From Trichosphaerium sp. ATCC 40318 (taxonomy: Eukaryota > Protista > Tubulinea), in NCBI GenBank assembly GCA_038496445.1, contig JALMLS010000322.1, forward strand, positions 372,001 through 436,000: a stretch of 64,000 nt of DNA, given 5' to 3'. Under the pieces are notes generated by a model that did no database searches, was not told where the DNA came from, and saw nothing but the letters and a program-made list of their open reading frames with translations. Both the position numbers and the translations under genes were made by a program. This document shows positions 1 through 12,500 of the stretch, piece by piece. Positions within the stretch are counted from its first letter, which is position 1, and each line of letters begins with the position of its first letter.

Positions 1-81
1 TCGCTTTAAAAATCACGTGATACGCTGATATTATTTTGTCGTTTTTTCTATTTGTTTGTTCACAGCTAAAAGTTGACGTAC

Positions 82-2352
82 TGAATACTCTCACTGGATC
101 TGGGAAGTAACAATGATCTATACGGCTTCAAAGAAAGTTAGTTAATTGCTGATAGAAACAAACGTACGTGTATCCACTGCCTGTTGATGGGAGACCATAT
201 TTGTGCTCCACCTGTTCCTCTGCAAGGTCAACGTCAACACAGTCATAGTATCCAGCCCATCTCCATTGAACAATGTATCCTCCTTTACCGCCACGGCCAG
301 GAATAGATATCTGCGTCATATCAACAGAACCTGGTCTATCAGCTAGATGTGGAGCTCTGAACATAGCTTCGACAAAAGGCATACTAGGATGAACATATTC
401 TGCGTAGTTATCGGTTGAATGCGCATCAGCATACTCGAATAGTTTACCAAAACCTGGCCAGACTCCGAACGAACTTGGCCTTGGGATAAAGTCAGGAGAT
501 GTTGCTTCGATCTCTCTCTTAAATAGAACATCATCCTCAATTCTGCGTCTATCTATTAGGCGTCTGTGGTAGAGAGGAATACTTGAAAGAGCAGAAGCTG
601 GTGCGTCGTTAAAATACTGAAGAGTTCTTCCTCTTGATAGTTTTCGGAGCAAGTGTTCATTTTCAGCTTTGATGATAACAAGCGTAGAAGTGAAGGCATG
701 TCCTGAAGCCCATTCAACTTGAAATTTTTGGTCTGGACCGACTTGTACGTGAGGAGATGAATGTACTCTTGGTGGGCATGGCCGCTCTGTACTGGCAAGG
801 AGTTTTGCTCTGCAGTTGCTTGCCATCCAGTTATGAGCATGTGATCCGGTTGGGAAAGTTATCAAGGAGATTAGGAATAGAGATAGGACAATAGAAGAAG
901 TCATCTTCGCGTTCTTTGAATGTGTTGTCAAACCAATAAGAGCGAGGAACATAAAAAGATGTGATGTTGATGCTTTTGTTGCAGGTGAATTTGCACCTCT
1001 TCCGCCTACTACAGCGGTTCCAGGAGCTGTTGTAGTACGATCACACTTACATAATCGATGACTAGGCAAGGTGTTAGCACTTAGTTTTTTGGCAGAAAGA
1101 AAAGAAGAACTAAAACAAAAAAAGCGTACCCATCAGCGCTATCGTCGGATTTTGAATCGCACGTGACGGCATCAGTATTACGTCCTGTTTCTTCACATTT
1201 TGGCTCGTCGTAGTAGCATAGATGATCAGGGCCGCTAGTAGCACCAAGAGCGTTGCAACTGCTAATAAATGGAAGCTCGCAAGGAATAGATTGAGGAATT
1301 ATCTTGTCGGCTATGGACTGCCCGTTGTTTATCCACTCCATCTGAACTTGATCACAAAGAAGTCCTTCTTCACTACAACGTTCTGTACAGGACTGACCAA
1401 TCTAATAAAGAGTTAAATTGAGAGTTGGTTCCTCAATCGAATTGTTGCTTGCTGTTCAGCAAAACTGACTACGAACCTCTGTTTGGAACCACGTTTGTGC
1501 TGGTTTTTCTTGTGACGATTCAGTGAGAGTCAAAGGTCCATTATCGCCGTTAGGCCAATAAAATGCACCGCTATTTGCTGGCCCTTGTTTGATTAAACAG
1601 TGAAACGTTACTTTTCCTGTTCCACGTGCTGGAGCCCTCCATTTAAAAGTACTGTGAAGGGCTTTTACTGAAGCATCATTGTGCATCAAACTGTGACGAC
1701 ACGAATGAGTATCAGGGAACGGAAGTTTAAAGAAAGCTTAGAAAAAGCATTAGAAAAAGACAATCAACTTAGTTTAGAATTTGGTATTCCAAAACTAATC
1801 ACGTGCGAGTTTTCACTGCCAAAAAAAAAAGACTCTGGTGCTTTGAAAGCAGTATTGGTTTGGTTAGTGATACCTCAGTACTAAAGAGAAAAGCGAAAAA
1901 CAAAGATGTCACGTGATTTCACAAAAAAAAGAGTACACAAAAAACGTACGTGTTGGATCTTCTGGTAAAACCCATTCACCGGTTCTAATTCCGGCTTCAT
2001 CGAGTGCATAGATGAGAATACCGCGATATTTTGCTCTGTAATCGACAACACGAATATTTATGTCTATTAGAGTTCCAGGTACGTATGAAGTGTCTTTGTT
2101 ATCCTCGTCACCCGCCCACGTGATATACTTATCTGTTTTAACTACTTTAGAAGCCCACGACATGTTAGGACGTGGAGTTTGTTTACAGTCAAGCCTGTCT
2201 TTCTGCCCGTTTCTTAATGTTGGCCACTGGTCTGGAGGACATCCCCAGTTACTACTTTGAGCGTCGCAACTGGCTACGTTTATGGTTGGGTTCGAAGCAG
2301 CGTTTACATAAACTGCCAACAAGAGCGAACTCAAGAAAGCAAGTTTGTACAT
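82..2352 (-). CDS. Secreted multidomain protein: signal peptide, reeler domain, Cys-rich domain, anchor plus internal signal peptide, LPMO-like His-brace domain. 3' end runs off the window.
   Basis: ATG at 2352 (MYKLAFLSSLLLAVYVNA). Reeler-like YVPG..I.I..YRGILIYA..G.W and FKWRAPARGTGKVTF. GT-AG introns join the 1909, 1456, 1081 and 128 ORF fragments in frame (…SADG|HRLCKC…). Then TGSHA/HNW…EWASGH…QWRWAGYYDCVDV. Confidence 0.75.
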
Positions 2353-3853
2353 TTTACTAGCACAGAAGTAAGAATTCTTGGGCATAGCTGAAATTAACAC
2401 CACGTGCTACTGCGTGGTAGTAAACGGTAAAGACATACGTACTATTAAACAAGTATATATTTGAAATTAGTTACTGTTGTTGTTTCGGTATTCGCAAGTT
2501 GTTTATGTGTTTGTTCACTTGCGCAAATATTACCAGTTTTCTCCAATTATCACTTGGGTAATGGGTAATGTTTGGGTCAACTAGCGCACATGTACCAGCT
2601 TCTTTTTATCGAATTCTCCTGTTTACAAATTCCATTGAATTGTTGGAACAAAAAGCTCAGAATCTCGCAATACCAACCTGCGGTAATAAGGTGTCCATGG
2701 CACTACTAATGCTTCAACGAAGTATCCGTTTTGAATAAAGCAGGTATAAGCAGTGTGATATAATATGGTTGGTAACAGTTTGAGCTTACTGGGAGAGTTA
2801 TAGCTAAAACAAAGAATGTCATAAAAATGTGCGTGTCTGTTTTTTCAACTAAAAAAACCAGTTCGTTTAAGGCCCTTTTCAGCCGACACTGTCTCATTAA
2901 ATGGGTAAAGAAGAAAATATAACATACAAACCATTCAAATGTGCAACCTGCATGGTGAGAAAATGAGGAAAAGTTGCGGTTTGTTCCCGCGATTATAAAC
3001 TGTCTCAATGTCACGTTAAGACCCTAACTCAGAGCGTTCTGAAAACTCCGGGTACGCACAAGATTTGTAACACGGTAAGGTAAATTGTTCTGAACGCACT
3101 CAAACCAAGAATGGATCTGGCTGCCTATTATTCGAATATATTGTCAATCGAACTTAGCAAAAAAATCGCAAAAGAAAGGATTGTTTGACGTTTCAAAGCT
3201 AAATAGATATTGAAATCGCTAGTAGTATGTTGCGAGATCACCCTTATGAAACAAACGTGTTTGTACATAAACGCTAGTTGGTTTAAAATTTAGAGTAAAA
3301 AGAAAGTTTGCCAATATTTCCTATGCTTGGCCATTAACGCTGCGACGTTCATCAAGGCATCACAATTGTGTTCAAACACAACTTTAACTTTAAGAACTTA
3401 ACTATTTTCTCGAGAGGATTACGCTAGTGTGTTGTTCCGGCTATTGTAATAGTGTTTTCTACAACTCTTTACAAGTATATTGTTTTAACATAAAAACCCG
3501 TTTAATGGTACTTGTGTAAGAACCTTTTGGTCTGATGCAAGTGGAATCGTTGCAGCCTATGTTGAATCTACAGGCATCAACACTGGTATTTAAATTTGGT
3601 CTGCCATTATCCACCATTGCGTTTTTGACAGCAGTTTTAGAAGATAAAATAATCACGTGTTAAAACAAAAAACCTTAAACAAATCGAGAATTCTTCTGCG
3701 ACCGGCAATCGAATGTATGAAGTAAGTACAAGTCTTAATTTAATTCTATTATTAGTTATCTACATTTGTTAACTTATGTTTCCATACAACACTATTTTGT
3801 TCTTGTGCTGTACGTTCTTTTTTTTTTTTCTTGCTTTTTTTTTTTTGGAATAT

Positions 3854-6441
3854 TTACAAGCCGTTATCATGCTCCCAAACAGAAAAAAAGTAGAACCGTC
3901 TCCATACGCGATATGTATAAACAGAAGTTGTAACAGCAAGTGTCAATGCTGATAATATCCATATCAAGTATCCAACACCTGTTACTATACCGCCAGTCGT
4001 TGTATTACCTGAAAGAAAAAAATAAGCAAAGTTGCTTTTGAAGCACGAGGATGATGTGTAAATTCAGTAGTTCAACTATAAAGTTACTGCATCTTTAAAA
4101 TACAATTAAAATATGTTGTTGAAAGTATTCACAAAAACAGTATCTAATGAAGAGATTGAAAATTATTCAATGAAGTTTTGTCATTTTCTTTCGTTTCTCA
4201 ATTTTTTCTTTTTTTTTTTCAAAGCGGGTTTGTTGTTTACCTTGTCCGAGTAACACCTGACCATAAACAGTCATAGCAAATGCAAATGTTCGTACAATCA
4301 GATCAGTTGTTTTGCATACAATAATAATCTGTCTCTCCTTCACATCCCGCTTTCTTTTCTTCAGTTTTAAAAATACAATGATAGCAAACACTTCAGTAGC
4401 AGCGCAAGCCAAGAACCCAAAAACAATATCAACAAGTGATAAAGTGAATAACACAAGAGTAAAAGCCTTTGCACTCTCCGATATCCTTGGACCTTTCCTA
4501 CCAAGCCGAGGTGCAGCTTAAAAAACATCTGTTAGAAAAGAACTTGAAAAAAAAAACATCCGTGAAGAACAAGCTTGTTCTAGTCACGTAACACGTGTTT
4601 AATGTGCGTACTTGGTATTTTATGTTCAAGTTCGTTCCCAGACACTGTATGAAAACTAAGCCTTGATCCAGGTCCACCTGCATGAACACTAGCAGTATAA
4701 TTGTTTATAGACATATTTAATACAGAAGAATTTTCACTCAAAGATTCCTCAGCGTAGCTGGTCATAGTATAGCTTGCACCACTAAAAGAATTTAGATCAT
4801 TGTATAAATCTTCGGAGCCAGTTTTAGAGCGTATTCAGTACCTTTTGGTTTCTGTCAGAGTTTTTCTTGATTTTGATTCATTTCTGATATGATTTGGAAT
4901 AGCTGAAGGTCGTGGAGGTGCCATAGACTCTGTACTTGTAGCAGAATCGCCATCAGATATATCTGTTGATATAACTTCAGCCGTTGAAGCTTCATTTGTT
5001 TCACCATACTCGCTAGCCCTCGCGTTTATACCTGAGATAGTTAGTCAACCCATCTATAGCTACACGTGCTGGTAACACGTGAGACTTACTAAACGGACCT
5101 GCAACCACGTGTTGGGTAGTTGGAACTGACTTGACTTCTATTGTTGCTTCTTCTAAATCTCGTTCTGGTGTTGCTAGTGGTTCCTCACTTGGTGTTCGTA
5201 TTGTTACAGATTTTTTAGCGTTTGCTGTTATTACCCGCTTTTTAGATGCTTGTCTTGTTTTTATTATAGGATTACGTTTCCCTAATAGCCACTAAATAAA
5301 TACCCTATATAGGCTTGCTCATAAAAATAAAAGAAGACGAGATTTTTGATTGCAAAATGGTAAAATACATAAACTTCAATCTTGATAAAAAATCACGTGA
5401 CACGCTATTTGGTTTTTTGTGTATTGTTTTCTTGTAGTGTTAGTTTAGTGTCAATTGTTAAATTATAGGCGTAGGTTTGTATAATAAGACGTACTTGGCA
5501 TACGAGGTGAATCAAATCGTCGTTTAGGTAATTTTGTCTTTATAAACATAGAACTGGCTTCATCAATATCTTGCTGACTAAGGCGTATAACACGTTCAAC
5601 GTGACCAGGAGTAACTTCGTTTGCCGCATTAATTTTTTTATCGCCAATAATAGTTTTAGAGTTCGCAATTGTTACCGAGCGTTTTGCATAAGATTGTTTT
5701 TTTTGTTCTTTTTCTTTATCCTCTTCGATATGCCGTAACGATTGACTTCTACTTCGTTTTGGTTCTTCTTTACCATGTATTTCTTGCGCCTTTCTCAGTC
5801 TTTGGCTAAATCGGACCTTTGATAAAAGTATTAAAGGGCTGTACAACCATTGACAACACGTGGAAACTGATTTCAAAAAAAAAATCGGCCAACTAAAAGC
5901 GACCTCAACTGTATCTTTGCTATGTGCTATCGATAACGTTATGTTTTAAGGGAAGATAATAATACATATCACGAAGAAAACCCGAGCCATAAACAAAAAA
6001 AACGTGCATACATTGTTCGACTTGTCTTGTTCACCCTCGGTAACTGTAGCAGCGCCTTTCTTAATTGTATTTACAGATACAGCAGCTAAACTAGCTCTTC
6101 TAGTGCTAAAAAAACCAACAAATAAGCAAAAAATCAAAACACACAACGTAATAATAAATAGATAATAACCGGAGCTTCACGTGATACAATAACAGAAAAT
6201 ATCAAAAAGCCACGTGAAGTGTCGCGATGAAATTTAGATGGATATAAAATTTTTTTGGTGTGAAATGAAATAAGGGAGCGCCAAATTACCGTACGACGTC
6301 TACTTCTACGAATAGTGTTTGACCTGTAGCTGCATCGTGTAGTTTCTTGAAGTACTTCCTCCCAAGAACCAATTCATTAACTTCAGCAAATATAACTTCA
6401 CCGTGGAGTACCCTACGCTCATATAGTTGTACAGGCTCCAT
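3854..6441 (-). CDS. Hypothetical multi-exon membrane protein with a long low-complexity N-terminus and C-terminal TM helices
   Basis: ORF fragments 6286, 5946, 5463, 4580 and 4167 are bounded by GT-AG sites. Only the …EHKIP|TAPRLGRKG… junction was checked for frame. Hydrophobic helices near the C-terminus. Confidence 0.5.
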
Positions 6442-6521
6442 TATTTGGCGCGTTCTGCCGATGGAATAATGCTGATCAGAATTGAATTTTGTTGACTGAA
6501 TATTTGAGACTTTGTATGGCG

Positions 6522-9078
6522 CTATAAGGTCGAGGTCTGTCCAGATATCACTATTGTCTTTACACAAGAAAGAAGCCATCTTAACCAAAGTGTAAGTTTA
6601 GACAATCAATACGATGAGTTGTTGCTATCGTACTTTTGATTCGATTTTTTGTTAATGAAAGATAGTTCCGAACGACTCCAATTGTGTTCTGGGTATAGCG
6701 CCATTAATGGCCTTGGCCAGTAGTTTAGTATCCCTGATGCCCCATGAGCCATGACTTGGTCCCTTGAGATGTTGTACCTTTTGGGTTGGTTACCAAAAAT
6801 AGCGAACGAAAAAAAAAACCTACAAAAAAGCCACTTACCATTGTTCTGGTCTACTGATATTGTACTGCTCTTCAAGATATCTCAAATACGTTCTAGTGTT
6901 AGAATCATCCAGCCAAAATCCACGTGGCTTATGTTTTGGTACTGTAACAGGCATGAAAGCCGCCATCAATGATTTTTTGCTCATTCTACAGAAAAAAAGT
7001 CAAAAAAAAAAAAACTAAGTAACGCTAGAATTCTACTATGTAGTACCCAAACTTCTCTATTGCCCATTCATAATTAGCATACAATGTCTGTACTGTATTA
7101 GATATAGAACCATTAAAATACCTAAAAGTGTAAGGGTGATGCTATCGCACAAACGTTTTAAAATGGTGAGACTCACTTGTTCGTAATATCGATACCTCCA
7201 TGAACATTTAAATCCTCTTTTCTTACTGTATACCACTCATCTAACGTCTTAAACTCTTGCATTTCTCCGATAAGATCAAAAGTGCTTTTTTGGTTATCTA
7301 ACACGTGTCCAGTTATCGACGGTCCATTTACGTGCGTATCGTGATATTTAACGTCACGTAGTAAATCACTGAAAGTGGTGTTAAAAAAAAACCCGTGCGC
7401 CAACTAGAAGGTTGGGTGTACCTCTTAAAGAACTTCCTTCGGTTCCAGTTATACTCAGGTAGTATAGAAGATAAAGCATTGTACATAGAACCATTATAAT
7501 AGCTAAACAAAAAGAGTCAGAAAAACAAGAAACAAAAGAAACCTTATAAGGTCATCTAATGTCATCTTTTCAAAGAGATGTTCTCATTATGACTTAAAAG
7601 CTATCGCGTACTTTTTTAATATTTTTCTACCTCCAGCTCTTGTAACATCCTGTTGTTCTACTCTGTACCAATCTTCATATATTTTTATATCGAGATTATT
7701 TGCTATAGCATCAAACTTATTACGTTGTTCTGATACATTACGCCAATGGTTCTTTGGTACAACATTTATCTTTTGAGGTTTCCAATCATATTCAGGAAAG
7801 GCTAAAGATAATGCTTTTATCAAAGACCCGCCATAATATCTGCAAACGGATTAGCAAAGCCAGCATAAAAACAAAAAAGTTAACGCTTTAGTTTCACAGT
7901 AAAATATGTACTTGTTGATAACCTGACGTGTAGCCTTTGGTAATGTCACGATATTGTTGATGTTATACCATTTATCAAATGAGTCTAATCCAAGAGCCGC
8001 TGCTGTATCTTCCAGGATTTTACGGTGTGTTTTTACAAGAGTTTGTCTTCTCTTCAGTTTTTTCCTATGCGTGACAATCACTAAGGTCAGATAACACAAA
8101 ATTTATGACGCACCTAAATTGTTTCGATTGCCATTTGAACTTGGGATAGTAGTGTTTTAGAAATGCCATAAATGACCCATGCCTAGTATCATATGAATAA
8201 GCAAAACCGATTTTTTTAATAAAAGCAGCTACTAACCTTTGCAGTAATGTGGTCCCCATACACGCTCTCAAATCACTGGATGTTATTTTATACCAGTCTT
8301 CTAGTATCTTAACATCAAGGTCTTGGCCAATACTCTCAACTGTATCACTTCTATTCTTATCAATGTGCCAAAAGCCAGTCGGAGCAATTCTGAAAAAAAT
8401 AAAAATTAGCGAAAGGTCGTCACAACACGTGTTCTCACGTGAATAATCTCCTGTCCCATTGGTATGATGGATATACAGCCTCAAGTAAATTGGATATTGA
8501 ACTGTTGTATCTAATTAAGATGAGTTGTGCGTATTACAGGTGCAACAAGCGTTATGTTTTAGAAGAGATTTCAACATACTTGTCAAGAAGTGTACTAGCT
8601 CCTGCTTGTCCCAAGACTACTGTGGTGATAGCATACCAATCACTTAAAATCTTGACGTTGAGTTTAAGACCCACAGAGTCCATTAATTTACGTTGGTTTG
8701 ACGGTCTGTTCCAATGTCCAGGAGGTGCCCTTGAAGAATGATAAGCTGGAGTTTACGTCAAAAAAGTTGTTACCTCATGTTTGACCAGTCTTGGCCCGGG
8801 TATAGGATTTTTACCATCTTTGTAATGGAATTACCATAACTAACGTTCATTGATGAGATTTTATGCGACAAATCTATGTAAACTAATTTATTTTGCTTGT
8901 TTACGCACTGCTTAAGAATTTTACGGCCGCCTATACGGCTAAATTGCGTGTGTGTTACACTATGCCAATCTTCTAAATTACGTATGCCAAGCGCGTCTTT
9001 AGCGCGTTTTTCTATAAATCGACGGTGTTCCTTGTTTCTCTTTACCCTCTGAACAACTGAAGTACGCGACCCGCGCAT
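6522..9078 (-). CDS. Helical tandem-repeat protein (about 7 x 70-aa repeats with W-Y/W-H, GG..IL..Y.GS and YPE..W motifs) with a basic N-terminus
   Basis: Repeated LEDWHSV, LSDWYAI, LEDWYKI, FDKWYNI, YEDWYRV, LDEWYTV and PEQWYNI, mostly followed by GG..IL..Y.GS…AL…YPE.NW, across many exons. Confidence 0.7.
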
Positions 9079-9574
9079 TTTGAAAAGCAGTAAACACAAC
9101 TAGCGTCACTCGTGCTGTTTTAGCGTTTTAACGCATCAAACGTTTACTACTTAATCCCAATTAAGGGCAACGAGCTCTAGCACTCCATTATAGAATGGTG
9201 TTGGTATTAAAACAACTTAGCGTGCTAAAAGGTCATAACGCTTTTTTCAAACTGGGAAAAGGTTTTGGACCAGTAACTTTTCTGCCGCGTAAAATACTTC
9301 AGGTCGTTATGTTAAGTAGCTTTGGAGCGTTATCAGGCTATTCGCCATTTGAATAAAGCCGAAAATCCGTTTCGGGAAAGCGTGAGAGACGTTGACCTTA
9401 CATAAACCCATACGTATTTAACTCACTACGCTTTTGAGCTTTACAACGTTCTTTGCTACGGTATCAATAATCTGCAAGTATTTGTGTTGATAATCATTGA
9501 AGATTTATAAATACTCCAGTGAGGCAATGGGGCATTAACAAACAGCTTAGTACAACTAAAACAAGGTAAAATAA

Positions 9575-12500
9575 ATGAGCGAGCATTATTCGCCTCGTGG
9601 TACAAGAAACCGCTCAGGTCGCGTCGGTCCTTCGCCTGTTACGTCGCCAAGGTCTCTACCGCCGATTTTATTACATCACAGCAAACCACGACTGCCACCT
9701 GGAATAGAGTTAAAACCTGATCGTACGTTTAAATAGCAAACCGTATCAGCTATCGTCTTAACATATTTGGGTTTGCGTTTCACTAATAAGTCTTTAAAAA
9801 GCTTGCTTTGATGAAGAGAGCTCTTCAGAAACACAAGTATTAGGCGAAGCAGGTATGTACATGTTAAACAAGAAAGTTGTAGTTTGCATTTCTGCCTTTG
9901 TTGTTTCGAAAAGAAGTACTTAACGAGTCCGTAGGAAGAAGTAACGACGATTTTGTGCCACCAATACAGGGCACAGTGCTTCCACCATGGCTTGTAATGA
10001 TGGACGACGTATTCGTTGGTGCTGTAAAGGTAAATTTAACCGAACAAAAAAGCCGAAAAACTTTTTACGTTAAAGACTTTTCTTACTTACTCTTTTAGGA
10101 ACGCTCTGGAGGTGTTGTGGTTTCCGAAGGAAATTATAGGAATAGGAAAGTAGCTATTAAGACTAGTGTATGCTTAAAATTGTTGCTTTTGTTGCTGTAT
10201 TGCTTGCGTTAACAACTTGTAGAGCAAAGAATTGTCACAAAATTTGTTAAGTGCTTTCCTCGATGAAACATCGCTACTGAGTAACCTAGATGAACACCCA
10301 CAACTGCAAAAGATCTTAGGTGTTGCTGTACATAACAACAAACCACACATGATTTATGGCATGTTATCGTTTTCTTGATTTTTTACTACTACCAGTTTTT
10401 GGTTGTTTTCTTATCGATTCTTTCCATTCAGAGTTTGATAAAAATATGACTCTCTACGATCATTTACAACTCACTGGTCCTATAAAAAAAGTGAGCCTTT
10501 GTCGATTATTACGTAGCTTGATATTAGGTATGTTTAAATTACATGAGAAAAAAGTTTATGAAAAAAATAGGAATACAATACTTGCATACACATAGCGTAA
10601 TTCACGGAAACATAAGAGCCAAAAGTATACGACAACATATAGCAAAATTAAGTCTAACTAAATCACAGATGTAATTATGGGAAGTATACCTAAATTTACA
10701 AACTACGGATTAGCTGGGAGTCTGTACGCATGCGGTTCACAACAGTAAGTGATTTCACAAAAAACCAGCATGTTCTCATAATTTTCTTAAGCCCTAACGC
10801 TTGGATGGCACCAGAGAATTTTTGCAATGAGTATTGCGAGCAAAGTGATGTACGACTTCGTTGGCATTTAAAATTTGTTATCATACTGAGTATATGTCGC
10901 ATAGGTGTGGAGCTTTGGTATTTTAATATGGGAGTGCATTACAGGAGGAAAACATCCAGCCCAAAATATTAATATTGCAGCCTTAGCACCAAACATTCAA
11001 TTATCAGGAAGGACGCCACTAATACCTAGTTCTTGTGAGAAAGAGTGTTGTATGCTTATGGATATGTGTTGGGCATTTCAAGCTAAAGACAGGGCGACCA
11101 TAGCTCAGATAGAGCTATACGCTTTTCGTTGCACTGAAACAATACCTCGTTCTGTTAGTGCTGGTGGTACTGCTCTTCCACGATTTGTGAGAAGTGCAGG
11201 GAATCATAAGCAACTAGAACGTAAATTTGCTGGTCTAGGGCCTCATAGGAACAGTACAAGATATCAACCTGCAGAAATACCCAAAGAAGATATTGCAGAG
11301 AGTGCATCTTCAAGTTCTTGGTCTGGTGCTGGCATTAATATGTTTAACCTACGACAATACGAGTCTTGTATATCTTGCTTTGAGTACGTTGTTTTTCTCT
11401 GTTAAATTTATGGTAAACACGTGATTAATTTGTGTTCACAGTAAGGCCGTTAAGGAAGATCCTAATGATAGCAACTCGTGGCGTAATATGGGTATGGCTT
11501 GCTCTAAGCTTGGTAAATACCAAGAAGCCATTGAGTTCCTCAATAATGCGATTTCTTTGTCACCGAATGATACAGTCGCTTGGTGTAGTGCTGGAAATGT
11601 CTTGTTAGAGCTTGGAAGATATCACCAAGCAATCAAAGCTTTTAATAGAGCTATCACAATAGACATAAGGGACGGGGATGCATGGACCAATATGGGACAA
11701 GCACTTTTTAAGCTGAGTCAATTTCAGCGTGCTGTAGAGTGTTTGAATAATGCTTCAGGTTCGCAGAGTTTCTTTTATGTAGGAAGCTAAATGGCTCTCG
11801 TTTTTGTTTAGATATTGCTCCTCGAAGCTGTGAAGTATGGAAGCTCAAAGGGAATGCATACTTGGGTATGAAGCGTTATAAGAATGCCTCACAGTCCTTT
11901 AAAATGGCTTTGGATATTGAAGAAGATTGGGATGTATATATAAAACGAGGAGAGGCATTACATGCGCTAAAGAATTTTGAGGAGCTACAAGAAATGATAA
12001 AGAAGATGTTTATACTAGAACCTAACAAAACAATGAGTTGGGTATCATCAAGTGCGTTTTCTTCTTTTTTTTGGTTTTCGTTCCGACTTTCCATTCTTGT
12101 TTGTTGCTTTCTAAAGCTGTCGTACCATAAATAGTGTTATCTCTTATTAGTTGTTGTAGATTTATCGTCTAATCTTCAAGAGCTTAATCTTTGGTGGCTT
12201 ATAGACCCTAAGGAAGTATCTTGTGTTTTGAAAATGGTTAGGTTACTTTTATCGTCAACTAACTAACACCTACTCACAGGGAGAGGATAAAAATTGTATA
12301 GTATCCAGTGCCATAGTTAAAGAGGAAACAGTAGCTATAAAAGCATACAAGGTGAGACACTTGTGAGCCAAAAACTCCGTTAAAACTAACTCTTTTTTTG
12401 TTTCTTTAAGACATCTTGTTCTAGCGCTATTACAACAGCTATAATGCATGAAACACAGTTCAGCCTCCGAAATCCTCATGGCAATTTACTTCAAATTATC

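Noticed and set aside
6286-6588. ORF read as a C-terminal nuclease/RAP domain of the repeat protein
   Set aside because: The plausible splice gives NQKWLLSCVKTI…stop in another frame. The 3' half of this ORF fits better as exon 1 of the next gene.
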